NCBI GenBank assembly: GCA_030390025.1
Contig: CM059432.1
Span: 140,432,001-140,496,000 of the forward strand
Direction of reading: 5' to 3'
DNA: 64,000 nucleotides
DNA from: Squalus acanthias
Taxonomy: Eukaryota
The notes below the pieces were generated by a model that ran no database searches, was not told where the DNA came from, and saw only the letters and a list, made by a program, of their open reading frames with translations. Both the position numbers and the translations under genes were made by a program. Below, in pieces: positions 24,260-36,975 of this stretch. How positions within the stretch are numbered: the first letter of the stretch is position 1; each line of letters begins with the position of its first letter.

Positions 24260-25003
24260 GGCCCAAAAATTAGTCTTAGTACGCGAGAGTACGCACTGTG
24301 TACTCTCGCGTATTCTGTCTCCAATTGCCGGTTTTCTGCATGCACTGCGCATGCGCTGAAAACCGGCACTTGGTGAACTCAAAAGGGGGCGGTTCCTAAG
24401 TGAACCGCGTGCGCGCTACAGGCTGCGCGCACGCAGTGCACTTAGTGCTTTGAACGCGCAGGTAAGCATGGAAGATTTTACACATAAAGAAAGGAGGCGT
24501 AAGACCCTCTTTTAACAAGGTAAGTAGTTAATTAAGTATTATTTTAAATATTTTTCAACAGGTTTATCTTTTTTAGAGACTTTAAAGAAAGGTAAGTTTA
24601 TTTTTATAACTTTTAAAAAGATTTTAAATTTTTTCAAAAATTTAATTTTTTGTTTAAAGTGGTTAATTTATTTAACTATACTTATTTTATTAATGTGATG
24701 GGGTTTTTTTTTAATTTAATTGAGGTTTAGCTGTTCTTTTGGGGGGGTATAGATTCATAGCTTTGACAGCCCTTGCTGTCAAAACTATGAATGAAAGATG
24801 GTGTGCTGCCATTGGCTCTAACTGAATCACGTGATCCCACAGCTCGCACGAATTAACTGCGTCTCTGGGATACGCACACACTGCACAGCTGCAGCCTTGA
24901 AACTAAAGTTCGTGTGAGCTCGGAAAGAAAAGGCAGGCGCGCAGTGAGATATCGCGGGGAAGCCTTACCCCCGCAGGAAGGCTCCATCTTTAATTTCTGG
25001 GCC
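24260..25003. mobile_element. MITE, Harbinger/Tourist-like
   Basis: TIRs GGCCCAAAAATTA / TAATTTCTGGGCC (1 mismatch) and a perfect 3 bp TSD ATT/ATT. GC-rich hairpin ends around an AT-rich core. Confidence 0.8.
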
Positions 25004-25917
25004 ATTATAATTGACCATTTGGTTGAACCTGCCATCCAGTGAGGTCCTACATCACAAACCCCAATATCGCACGAGGTCCGACATCAAATGGAGCTCTGTC
25101 AATGAATCAGCACAAAGCACAACCATTGTAATCTAATCACAGGGTGGGCTGACCAACCAGATGCTTTGACCTTCACTCTGAAGCCCCTCATTTGGATTTG
25201 CTGCCTGTATATAGTCAACTGGGGAGGTAAGTCTATCAGCCCTGAAGTTTCTGCGGAGGCTTTGGAGGATGTGGGGTGGTGCGCAGATCGGGGGTTGAGT
25301 AGAACTTCAGCTCGCTCAGTGCTGGGAGTCCCTGGCCTCACAGAATCACACAGCACAGAAGGAGGCCATTTGGCCCATCGTGCCTGCGCCTCCTCGGACA
25401 TCCTCGTACTCGGGCAACTGCGCTGCTCGCAGGATGGGCAAAGGGAGGAAGGGGAAATTTTGCTTCGGGATGGAAAGAGGATGAAAAAGCAGCTCTTCTT
25501 TCTTCTGCCGTTTTCCTCCACAGTTTAATGCATAGCTGAAAGCAGTCAGGCAATTTTTTAATTCACTCCCCCCCACAGCCCTAGCTTAGCAACGCTAGAT
25601 GCCAGGAGCTTATCGGTGTCCGTATAAGGGCGTAACTGAGGGAAAAAATCATACCTCCTTTCTTCCTTACTTAGCTTCCTTTTGTAATATGGTCACCACT
25701 TGCAACGTCCCCACTTATTCCAGGCAGTGACCTACATTGGGCAAATGACGTTGGCTGTTTGCAATCACCCTAGGCGTCAATTACAAAGGCCGCGCTTAAA
25801 CCTGTATTAAGCACGCCAGCTATTTCGGGCAGTTCTGTACTTACCAACTTTTTAAAAGCCGATTTTTTTCGCGTGTGGCTGCGTCCAATCAACATGTCAC
25901 TTTGCAACATAAACAGG

Positions 25918-26102
25918 AACAACAACACCATCTTGCATTTATATAGCGCCTTTAACGTAGTAAAACGTCCCAAGGCACTTCACAGGAGCGATTATCAAAC
26001 AAAATTTGACACCGAGCCACATAAGGAGATATTAGGACAGGTGACCAAAAACTTGGTCAAAGAGGTAGGTTTTAAGGAGCGTCTTCAAGGAGGAGAGAGA
26101 GG
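25918..26102 (-). mobile_element. L2 LINE 3' end
   Basis: Same family as 88-990. Confidence 0.85.
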
Positions 26103-26690
26103 AAATGCAAGTTGTTGTCCTGGCATAGCTGCTTACTGGATGCTTGTTGTGTATTCAACTAAAGCATCTCTAAATGAGGGTGGATTTTAATTCATAAGTT
26201 AACTGCCTAGACTCTAAATCCACACTGCTTTTTTCTCTCGCCAGTCTTTCTTTTAGTATTACTATTTTGGAAAATCCTCTTATTTCTACGAGGTGAGGAG
26301 TGCAGTCCTGCAGACATCTTTCCAAAGGATTACGTGTTGGAAAACTGCCCACATCATCCCGAAGAGCAATTGAGCCCATTTTCTCAGAAATGTCAGTCAT
26401 TGATTGATTGGGAATGGTATCAGATCTGACTTAAACACTGACGATATTTGTCCATTAAATGCTGAGGGACTTTGAAAACAGGAGGCATGTATTTGCAGGA
26501 AATCAAAATGATAATATATTTGGAGTACAAAAAAAAATATATATAATATATTTGGAGTAGTTTGGCTAATTCATGTAATACAATAGTGAGTAATGGAAGA
26601 GTATAATAGACAATGGATTTGGAGAGCTGTTGTCATTTTTAATTATTAGCTGGTACTGTAAAGCATTCTAGATCTGCTTAAGTGCCTTTA

Positions 26691-27250
26691 AACAACAACA
26701 ACAACTTGTATTTATATAGTGCCGTTATATAGCGTCCCAAGGCACTTCACAGGAGCATTATTGGACAAAATTTGACACTGAGCCACATAAGGCGATATTA
26801 GGACAGGTGATCAAAAGCTCGGTCAAAGAGGTAGGTTTTAAGGAGCGTCTTAAAGGAGGAAAGAGAAGTAGAGAGGCGGAGAGGTTTAGGGAGGGAATTC
26901 CAGAGCTTAGGGCCTAGTCAACAGAAGGCACGGCCGTCAATGGTGAAGCGATGAAAATTGGGGATGCTCAAGAGGCCAAAATTGGAGGAGCGCAGATATC
27001 TCAGAGGGTTGTAGGGCTGGAGGAGGTTACAGAGATAGGGAGGGGGGCGAGGCCGTAGAGGGATTTGAAAACGAGGATGAGAATTTTAAAACCAAGGCGT
27101 TGCCGGACCGGGAGCCAGTGTAGGTCAGCGAGCACAGGGGGTGCTGGGTGAACGGGTTAGTATACGGGGCAGCAGAGTTTTGGATGAGCTCAAGTTTACG
27201 GAAGGCAGAAGCTGGGAGGCCGGCCAGGAGAGCGTTGGCATAGTCGAGCA
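26691..27250 (-). mobile_element. L2 LINE 3' fragment
   Basis: Translation LDYANALLAGLPAS..KLELIQNSAA; (AAC)n end. Confidence 0.88.
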
Positions 27251-27587
27251 TGTCTCTCCTTTCTCATCTGAAAATGAGAGTGCGGTTGATGGTGGGGGGT
27301 GCGTTTCCCCAGGCGCCAGCAACCCTCCAGTATCTCCCACAAGTGGCTGTTCTTCACGCGCAAGCCGACACAGTGAGTGTTTCCCAGGCTGTTTGTTTTT
27401 TTCGACGGGCGAAGGGAAAGGAAGGGGCTGACCCTGATCCTGCCCTCGTCCAACGACTTCACGTGAACATATTGCAGCCGGGGATTAACCGGATAGTGAT
27501 CGGAACCAGGAATTGCTGGACAGATAAAAGACCACGTTCTGTCTAGTTCGCCTTCTATCATCCTGCTAGATGCATGATGCAACAATA

Positions 27588-27775
27588 AAAGAAAGAAAGT
27601 CTCGCATTTCTATAGCGCCTTTCACAACCTCAGGACAGCTCTTTACAGCCATCGAAGTACTTTTTGAAGTGTTGTACTGTAGGAAACGCTGCCGATCCCA
27701 CAAACAGCAATGTGATAATGACCAGATCATCTGTCTTTTCAGCGATGTTGGTTGAGGGATAAAAATTGTCCGGGG
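27588..27775 (-). mobile_element. DeuSINE-like SINE 3' fragment
   Basis: Reverse complement of 5590-5820 with deletions. Confidence 0.75.
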
Positions 27776-28274
27776 CATATATGACATTATAATCCCTGGT
27801 TTATTTTCCTCTCCCTATCCTGGGGGCGGGGGGCGAGGTCACTTGCAATGAGAGATCAAGATGAGGTTGAGCTGCCGTGCGTTCCGTGATCAGACAGCCT
27901 GCAGACACTCATCACTATCTGGGTTTGCACAGGAGGGATAGACACCTGGGTGAGGCGCAGGGGCTGCTGGCGTCATGGAAACATGCTCTAGTACGAGTCA
28001 ACGCTTTCACAGACGCAGGAGAGGAAACTGGAAAATAGATAGGGCTCTCCAGTCCAATGGCTGACTCCAACAGTTCCGGAAAACAGACCATAAATATTAT
28101 TTTGAGCTTTTTTAGAGACCACCATGATGAAATCATTCTAGGATTTTAATTTCCGACATTGTTTTTGCAATTTTCTAGAATTGAACAATATTAAAACGAG
28201 ACTATCTTTTGAAGTAACTAACTGGCCTATTTTTCTCTGGGTATTGATTCGAATAAAAAAGCAGGAAAGAAAGA

Positions 28275-28553
28275 CAGAAAGAAAGAAAGAATTTGCATTT
28301 ATATAGCGCCTTTCACGTCCTCAGGACGTCCCAAAGCGCTTTACAGCCAATGAAGCACTTTTTTTGAAGTGTAGTCACTGTTGCGATGCAGGAAACGCAG
28401 CAGCCAATTGGTGCACAGCAAGCTCCCACAAACAGCAATGTGATAATGACCAGATAATCTGTTTTAGTGATGTTGGTTGAGGGATCAGTATTTACCCCAG
28501 GTCACCGGAGAGAACTCCCCTGCTCTTCTTCGAAAGAGTGCCCTGCGATCTTT
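28275..28553 (-). mobile_element. DeuSINE-like SINE, 3' half
   Basis: Reverse complement of ~5545-5820. Confidence 0.8.
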
Positions 28554-28630
28554 CAAGAAAAATGGTAACAGACTTTCCTCCCCATTATTACTGACACTCT
28601 TTCTGATTTTTTCAGACTTGTGAGCACGGT

Positions 28631-29192
28631 GGGCTGAATCTTGACAGGGGCAGGCTTGCGTAGGTGGTTGGGGAAGTTTGGGTTTCCCCGCATGCTGTGG
28701 AGTTTTGATTCCACAGCGTGCGTAGTTTCTCTTTGACAGGTTCCCCGCCTGGAAGTCTCTAACCCCGGGGAGAGGTCCAATACCGAGGGGCGTTTGATTC
28801 CCCAAACCCTGGGGGCCTTTGTATGGGGGGGGAGGGGGCGGGGTGCTGTCTGATGGGGAAAGAGCTTGGGTGCTGGGTGGAAGCATTTACCTTCTCCCCG
28901 AAGCTGTCCTCGCTTCCCTTCAGCTGCCGGGTTGCCTGAGGTCTGTGAAACCCGCCCGTCCACTGTAAAACCTGCAAAAACAGGTTAAATCCGAGACGAC
29001 CAGCCTCGTTAAAATATTTAAATGACTAACTCGCCTCCTGGGAGTGGGTTGGTTGCGCGCCCCCTGGCCCGCCGCCGTTAAACCCGGAAGTGGGTGGGTT
29101 GGAGGCGGGTTGGGGTCAGGTTTGAGGTTTTTAAAAGTATAACATCAGACCCAACCCCAACCCACCCGTTTTTGGGGGTTAAGATTCAGCCC
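28631..29192. mobile_element. MITE, Harbinger-like
   Basis: Perfect 12 bp TIRs GGGCTGAATCTT / AAGATTCAGCCC. GGAGGCGGGTT/AAACCCG subterminal motifs are shared with the other Harbinger derivatives. Confidence 0.75.
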
Positions 29193-29354
29193 GTTGTTTC
29201 TGTATGTACTAATTAAAAAATGCTTTCTGTAATAAAAACAAAAATTATCTTTCAGAAGTTACGACAGGGAGTCCACGAGGATCTGTCAATACTTCCAGAG
29301 GGTCCCTGGTAGTGTGTCAATATTTGCAGGGGCTCACCACATACATATATTATA

Positions 29355-29655
29355 ACATAGAACGTATAACACACAAACAGGCCGTTCAGCCCAACTGGTC
29401 TGTGCCGGTGTTTGTGCTCCACACGAGCCTCCTCCCACCCCTACTTCATCTCACTCTATCAGTGTATCCTTCTATTCCTTTCTCCCTCATGTGTTTATTT
29501 CACTTCCCCTTAAATGGATCTGTACTATTCACCTCAACCACTCCTTGTGGTAGTGAGTTCCACATTCTAACCCCTCTCTGGGAAAGGAAGTTTCTCCTGA
29601 ATTCCCTATTGGATGTATTAGAAACTATCTTACATTTATGGCCCTTAGTTTAGTT
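29355..29655 (-). mobile_element. CR1 LINE 3' end
   Basis: Matches 3250-3535. Confidence 0.85.
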
Positions 29656-29756
29656 TTATGCACACCAACACGTTTGAAAACAACTTGTTAAGGCATTTGA
29701 CGACAAACAAGTGGCTTTAATTAACCCATTGTATTCTGAACAAGCGCAGAATTTTA

Positions 29757-30603
29757 GGGCTGAATTTTAATGGGGAAGGCGGGTTGGGAGCGGGGGGACT
29801 CTGAAGAGGTCGGGAAACCCGGAAGAACGGGTTTCCCTCAGGCCCTGCCGAATTTAACAGCAGGGCCTGATTTGCATGGGAAACCCCTGTTTCCTACCCG
29901 CAGCTTGCCAGATAGAGAGGCTGGCTGGCTGTGGGCAGGTAGGCCTGTGGCACCAGGCCGCAGAGAGGACAGGGGGAAGGGATTGCGTGGGGGCAGGAGG
30001 GGGGCAGCCAGAGGAGCACAGGGAGGGCCGAAGGAGCTGTTGGGGGCCGGGGGGGGTCAGGTGAAGATCGGGAGCCGGGACCATTACGACGGGGTGGAGT
30101 GGGGGGGTTGGTGTCGGCAGAGTGGGGGGTGGGGGGAGCAGGGGTTCGGGGGCCGGAGGAGCAGATGGCGTCTGGAGAAGCATGCGGTGGGGGGGGGGAT
30201 GCCTTGTGAGGGGGAATCGACAGACTGAGGGGGGATTGGAGACCTGGGGGGTGGGGTATCAGAGGCCTCATGGGGGGTATCAGAGGCCGGGGGGGGGGGG
30301 TATCAGAGGCCTGGGGGGGGGGGGATCAGAGGCGGGGGGGGATCGAAGGCCTTGTAGGGGTATCTCCAATCACGGGGAGTGGGTTAGGCAGGGACGCTGG
30401 ATCTCGGAGTTAAGTGTAAAGGCACTTACCTCCTGGATCCAACAGCCGTGCATTAGCTGACGGGTTTCACAAGGTGTGCAAAACCCGACCAGGTAAAGAT
30501 AAATTCAAAATGAAGGTTAAAGCAGAGCCTTCCAGCCTCATTATAATGTTAAAATAGACGACCCACCTCCTGGGAGCAGGTTGTCTGCTAACCCCCCGTC
30601 CCA
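29757..30603. mobile_element. Harbinger-like non-autonomous element, right end missing, with G-tract-rich interior
   Basis: Left end GGGCTGAATTTT resembles 28631. Internal CCTCCTGGGAG motif is shared with 28631-29192. ATCAGAGGC repeats sit between poly-G runs at 30245-30345. Confidence 0.55.
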
Positions 30604-30604
30604 C

Positions 30605-30993
30605 CTCCTTGTTTTCAAATCCCTCCATGGCCTCACCCCTCCCTTGCTCTGTAACCTGCTCCAACCCCACAATCCTCCGAGATCTCTGCGCTCATCAATT
30701 CTGGCCTGTTGAGCATCTCCCATTTTCATCACTTCACCACTGGCGGCCGTGCCTTCAGCCGCCTGGGCCCTAAACTCTGGAATTTCCTCCCTGTGCCTCT
30801 CCGCCTCTCTACCTCTCTCTCGTCCTTAAAGACGTTCCTTAAAACCTACCTCTTTGACCAAGCTTTGGGTCATCTGCCCTAATATCTCCTTATGTGGCTT
30901 GGTGTCAAATTTTGCTTGATAATCGCTCCTGTGCAGCGCCTTGGGACGTTTTACTACGTTAAAGTCGCTCTATAAAGGCAAGTTGTTGTTGTT
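30605..30993 (+). mobile_element. L2 LINE 3' fragment
   Basis: L2 family sequence ending in (GTT)n. Confidence 0.87.
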
Positions 30994-31036
30994 GAATGAA
31001 TGAATGGCGGAAACTGCTCTGTTTTCGCTTTATATG

Positions 31037-31256
31037 TGGTAATTTTACAAAATCATGCTCCTGGTGCAGACCCTGATCTACCCTGCAGCGCCTAGCAGAA
31101 ATTTGGGGGCCTGCTCCAAGTGCACTCCAGATGAGGCAAAGGCTCTGCACCTAGAGCACAATTTACCGTTAATGGTTGGACAGTTATGGGAATTCCTGAC
31201 ACATGCTCCAGGTGAGTGCAGCTCTGCATTGGGTGCACAATCTCGTAAAATGACCC
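31037..31256. mobile_element. Small decayed MITE
   Basis: Imperfect TIRs TGGTAATTTTAC / GTAAAATGACCC. Confidence 0.45.
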
Positions 31257-31962
31257 TTTGTACGTGAAAGAGAGTGAAGGAAACTCGCAAGGATTTATAT
31301 ATATTGATAACGGGCTTGGCCATCGAGACTTTGCCGACCATGGAATGAGCCTTCCATCATCAAGATCTTTTGAAAGCTAATATATCCTTGGCTGAAGCAA
31401 TGACAATAACTTCATGTTACCTCCCCAACTGGGGAAACACGGCAGGTCAAGAAATGGGAAGGTCAAGAAAGATCAGATCCATTTGGATTCTTTACAAGTG
31501 CAATACGTTAAGGCAACAGGCTGTCGGGCATCAAAGAACGACCACAATGGAAGGAGGACGTTTATGAAGCATGATGTATTCCTCCTTGGAAATCCTCATA
31601 TGGTTTACAATGCAGAGTTAGTGCTTCCCGCTGTATTAAGTGGATTAACCTATTGTTTCGTCAACATTTCGAACATGTCCAAAGGTAACCATCCTAACAG
31701 TCCTGCAAAGGTCTTTGGAATGAAAGAGGATCCCTAAAATGCAGTTCATTACAACTGAGAAACCCTGTCGCAGTCTTGTACCATGATTAAATCAGCAAAA
31801 TTGAATAGTTTATGGGCAGAAAGTACTGACAGTTGCTCACAGACATGCATATGCGGCCATGCTTTGCAGTTTCGCAGCTCCTGAGATGGTACGATACTAC
31901 TACAGCTTCTTTACATATCCAGCATTGTGTTTACAGAGCTGAATCAGGAAGGAAATCAATCG

Positions 31963-32540
31963 ACAACAACAACTTGCATTTATATAGTGCCTTTAATGTA
32001 GTAAAATGTCCCAAGGTGCTTCACAGGAGCGAATATCAAACAAAATCTGACACCGAGACACATAAGGAGATATTAGGACAGGCGACCAAAAGCTTGGTCA
32101 AAGAGGTGGGTTTTAAGGAGCATCTTAAAGGAGGAGAGAGAGATAGAGAGGTGGAGAGATTTAGGGAGGTAATTCCAGAGTTTAGGGCCCAGGCAGCTGA
32201 AGGCACGGCCGTCAATGGTGGAGTGAAGGAAATCGGGGATGCGCAAGAGGCCAGAATTGGAGGAACACAGATATCTCGGAGGATTGTAGGTCTGGAGCAG
32301 GTTACAGAGATAGGGAGGGGCGAGGCCATGGAGAGATTTGAAAACAAGGATGAGAATTTTAAAACTGAGGCGTTGCCGGACTGGGAGCCAGTGTAGGTCA
32401 ACGAGCACAGTGGGTGATGGGTGAATGGGACTTGGTGCGATTTAGGATACGGGTAAGGGGCCAAGGATACATCCTTGGGGGACACCAGAGGTAACAGTGC
32501 AGGAGCGGGCAGAGAAGCGATTGCAGGTGATTCTCTGGTT
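31963..32540 (-). mobile_element. L2 LINE 3' fragment with internal deletion
   Basis: ORF 32073-32408 is the L2 C-terminus. 32455-32540 encodes a VTSGVPQGCILGP RT piece. Confidence 0.88.
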
Positions 32541-32777
32541 TGCATTCTCTGTCATAGAATTCCCTGCGCCAGATTCATCTTCTGTGCCTTGTGAGAAACA
32601 GCCACAAAACACAATGTTGACATTAGTCAATATATTAATAATAGTGATCAAAACCCACAAGTTGTGGGGGGAGGGGGTAACAGAGCTGTGTTTAAGTTTA
32701 AAACTAACATGTATCAAAATTGGTCACATCTTTGAACTAAATTGGGTGATTGTCACACCTAATGAATGACATTTGGT

Positions 32778-33092
32778 GCACATAATCCAGGCCGTCTTTC
32801 AGATGAGATGTTAAACCAAGGCCCCGTCTGCCCTTTCAGATGGATGTAAAAGATCCCAGGGCATGATTTGAAGAAGAGCATGGGAGTTCTCCCATCAACA
32901 TCAACATCCCATCAGTCCTGATCAACATAACTAAAACAGATTATCAGGTCATTATCTCATTGCTGTTTGTGGGACCTTGCTATGTGCAAATTGCCTGCCT
33001 CGTTTCCTACATTACAACAGTGGCTAGACTTCAAAAGTACTTCTCTCATTGGCTTTGGGACGTCCTGAGGTCGTGAAAGGCGCTATAATATA
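32778..33092 (+). mobile_element. DeuSINE-like SINE (partial)
   Basis: Matches 5485-5800. Confidence 0.78.
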
Positions 33093-34556
33093 GAAAGGCG
33101 TGAAAGTACAATATAATACATTATAATCTAATCGAGTACGTTTTTGAACTACATTGTGTATTGAAAGTTCTTTAAGTTTGAAAAGCTTCTGAATACTTTC
33201 CTAAAGTTGGTCTGTGTATGAGGGAGTGGGGTGTGGGGAGTAGGGTGAGAGAAGTATGTGTATCTGGTATGAGCAGTAATAAATGTTCTTATAGACGCTA
33301 CATATCGTTTCCAGTGAGCTTCTCTCCCAAGTTGCGCTGAAACAGGGTCGAATGAACATGGACCTTAATTCGAAAGTAATTGGAAAACTTAAAGTTGCTT
33401 TTAGAAGAGAGAGGTTCTGATGACAGACTTCCTTACACATGACTGTAATGAACAGGCCTAACTGCCAACTCGTCTGGGGCGAAGTCCTTTTCAGCTTTGG
33501 TGAGTTGAGAAACAAAGCAAGTTAGCAGCTGGCAAGTTACGTCATTGCATTTATTTATCCATCTCCAGCCCTTCATTCTTTCCCTCTTTTCTCACTCTCT
33601 CTGATCCTTTGAGGTATGTTGCTGTGCTCTCCTCTCCCATTGACTATGTCGTAAACTGTACAAAGGCATTTTTAAAAAATTTACCTAGGGTTCAATTCTC
33701 TATGAATAATGATTCTTGGCGAGTAACAGATGAACTAAAGTGGATTTTATTTTTCTAAAAGCCTGAGTTCCCCAGACAGCAAGAAACTTTTAAAACATTT
33801 CCTGGGCTCTGTGGATATTATCAGGATCACTTATCTAGCTCACTTTAAAATAAATCCCACATACAGTGTAAACAAAACAAAGGAGACAATGAATGCCGGA
33901 GAGTGGGAAATGTAACCTAAGACAGGCCATTTGATCCGCTTTCTTTCCATGCGCTTACATACAGCATTTAAGACTGTGTCATCACTTGCTGTGTATATAA
34001 GACAACTGTTTAGTGTATTGTGTGAGTGGACTTGCTGCTTTGTGAATGGCTACTCCAGCTTCCTTCTGTTTGGGTTCCCCTTTCCATGGTGTAAAGGCCA
34101 CAAGCTCCATTTCAGCTCTTTCAGACTTTCACCTGGTAACAATCATTACAGCAGGAAGGAACGCCATTTCCTCACATCAAAAAATACACAGATGGTTTCA
34201 CCTCTTCCCAAGTGTGCGTTTTACTAATGACATTGGCTTAAGGTTATCTCCACAGAATCTATAACCAGGATTTTCTGCACTGAATCAAAATCAAGACGGC
34301 GCAAGTAACACTGAGCACTGATTAATACTGTGATGCAAACCATCTTCAGCTTTCCTTATCAATAGATTATATCAATGCAAGTCCTCTCCATTCCTTCAAG
34401 ACTAGATAAATACACATAATCACCAGAAATAGACATCTTTCTTATTATTATAGAAGGAAAGAAAGAACTTGCATTTCTAAAGCGCCTTTCATGACCTCAG
34501 AATGTCCCAAAGCGCTTTACAGCCAATGAAGTACTTTTTGAAGTGTAGCCACTCTT

Positions 34557-36785
34557 GTAATCCGGTCAATTACTGCCCCATCAGTCTACTCTCAATCATC
34601 AGCAAAGTGATGGAAGGTGTTGTCGACAGTGCTATCAAGCAGCACTTACTTACCTATAACCTGCTCACCAATGCTCAGTTTGGGTTCTGCCAAGACCACT
34701 CGGCTCCCGACCTCATTACAGCCTTGGTCCAAACATGGACAAAAGAGCTGAATTCCAGAGGTGAGGTGAGAGTGACTATCCCTTGACATCAAGGCAGCAT
34801 TTGACCGAGTGTGGCATCAAGGGGACCGAGTAAAATTGAAGTCAATGGGAATCAGGGGGAAAACTTTCCACTGGCTGGAGTCATACCTAGCACAAAGGAA
34901 GCTGGTTGTGGTTGTTGGAGGTCAATCATCTCAGCCCCAGGACATCGCTGCAGGAGTTCCTCAGGGAAGTGTCCTGGGCCAAACCATCTTCAGCTGTTTC
35001 ATCAATGACCTTCTCTCCATCATAAGGTCAGAAGTGGGGATGTTCACTGATGACTGCACAGTGTTCAGTTCCATTCGCAACTCCTCAGATAATGAATGCC
35101 TGAATGCAGCAAGACTTGGACGACATTCAGGCTTGGGCTGATAAGTGGCAAGTAACATTCATGCCACACAAGTGCTGGTCAATGACCATCTCCAACAAGA
35201 GAGATCTAACCACCGCCCCTTGACATTCAACGGCATTACCATCGCCGAATCCTCCACCATCAACATCCATGGGGTCACCATTGACCAGAAACTTAACTGG
35301 ACCAGCCACATAAATACTGTGGCAACAAGAGCAGGTCAGAGGCTAGGTATTCTGCGGCAGGTGTCTCACCTCCTGACTTCCAAAAGCCTTTCCACCATCT
35401 ACAGGGCACAAGTAAGGAGTGTGATGGAATACTCTCCACTTGCCTGGATGAGTGCAGCTCCAACAACACTCAAGAAGCTCGACACCATCCAGGACAAAGC
35501 AGCCTGCTTGATTGGCACCCCATCTACCACCTTAAACATTCACTCCCTCCACCACCGGCATACTGTGGCTGCAGTGTGTGCCATCTACAAGATACATAGA
35601 TACATATAGATACATAGAAGATAGGAGCAGGAGTAGGCCATCCGGCCCTTCGAGCCTGCTCCGCCATTTAATGAGATCATGGCTGATCCTCCAATTCAGT
35701 ATCCCGTCCCCGCCTTCTCTCCGTAACCCTTAACCCCTTTTGCCTGTAGAAATATATCTAATTCCCTCTTAAATATATTTAATGAGCTGGCGTACACTGC
35801 CCTCTGTGGCAATGAGTTCCACAGGTTCACCACCCTCTGAGTGAAGAAATTCCCCCTCATTTCTGTCCTAAATGGTTTAGCCCTTATCCTTAAATTATGT
35901 CCTCTAGTTCTGTTCTCACCCGCCAAGGGAAACATTCCTTCTGCATCTAGTCTGTCTAGACCTGTCAGAATTTTATACACTTCTATGAGGTCCCCTCTCA
36001 ATCTTCTAAACTCCAGTGTGTACATCCCTAAACTACATAGTCTCTCCTCATAGGTCAATCCCGCCATTCCTGGTATCAGCCTGGTGAATCGCCGCTGCAC
36101 CCCCTCCATGGCAAGAACATCTTTCCTCAGATGAGGCGACCAAAACTGTACACAGTACTCGAGGTGTGGTCTCACCAGTGCCCTGTACAGCTGCAGCAAG
36201 GTATCCCTGTTCCTGTATTCCAACCCTTTTGCTATGAAGGCCAGCATACCGTTTGCCTTCTTGACCGCCTGTTGCACCTGCATGCTCGCCTTCAGTGACT
36301 GGTGTACAAGAACACCCAGGTCTCTCTGTACTTCCCCCTCTCCCAATTTATTGCCATTTAAATAATAATTTGCCCTCCCGTTCCTGCACCCAAGGTGGAT
36401 AACTTCGCACTTGTCCACATTATAGTGCATCTGCCATTTATCCGCCCAACTCACCAAGGCTTCTTCGACAGCACCTCCCAAACCTGCACCCTCTTCCACC
36501 TAGAAGGACAAGGGCAGCAGGCGCATGAGAACACCACCACCTCCAAGTTCCCCTCCAAGTTACACACCATCCTGACTTGGAAATATATCGCCGTTCCTTC
36601 ATCGTCGCTGGGTCAAAATCCTGGAACTCCCTACCTAACAGCACTGTGGGAGTACCTTCACCACACGGACTGCAGCGGTTCAAGAAGGCGGCTCACCACC
36701 ACCTTCTCAAGGGCAACTAGGGATGGGCAATAAATGCTGGCCTTGCCAGCGACGCCCACATCCCAGGAACGAATAAAAAAAAAGT
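34557..36785 (+). mobile_element. 5'-truncated copy of the CR1-group LINE family of 40811-44042, interrupted by a CR1 at ~35598-36447
   Basis: NPVNYCPISLLSIISKVMEG, QFGF, GVPQGSVLG, FTDDCT and QVRSVMEYSPLAW. The same 3' terminal hairpin and A-tail appear at 36720-36783. Confidence 0.9.
35598..36447 (-). mobile_element. CR1 LINE 3' fragment with intact reading frame, nested in another LINE
   Basis: ORF 35696-36499: WADKWQMHYNVDKCEV..LVRPHLEYCVQFWSP..FFTQRVVNLWNSLP. (TATGTATC)-like tail. Confidence 0.93.
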
Positions 36786-36975
36786 TGGAAACGAGGCAGC
36801 CAATTGTGCACAGCAAGCTTTCATAAACTGCAATGTGATAATGACCAGATCATCTGTGTTCTTGATGTTGGTTGAGGGATTAAATATTGGCCAGGACACT
36901 GGGGGGGACTCCCCTGCTCTTCTTCATAATACTGCCATAGGATCTTTTACGTCCACCTGAGAGGGCAGACGGGGA
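36786..36975 (-). mobile_element. DeuSINE-like SINE fragment
   Basis: Reverse complement of 5515-5705. Further plus-strand fragments at ~37045-37230 and ~37480-37590. Confidence 0.75.

Noticed and set aside
27196..27585. 129 aa minus-strand ORF in non-LINE sequence
   Set aside because: Runs into an L2 fragment, has no recognisable domain and lacks consistent exon structure.
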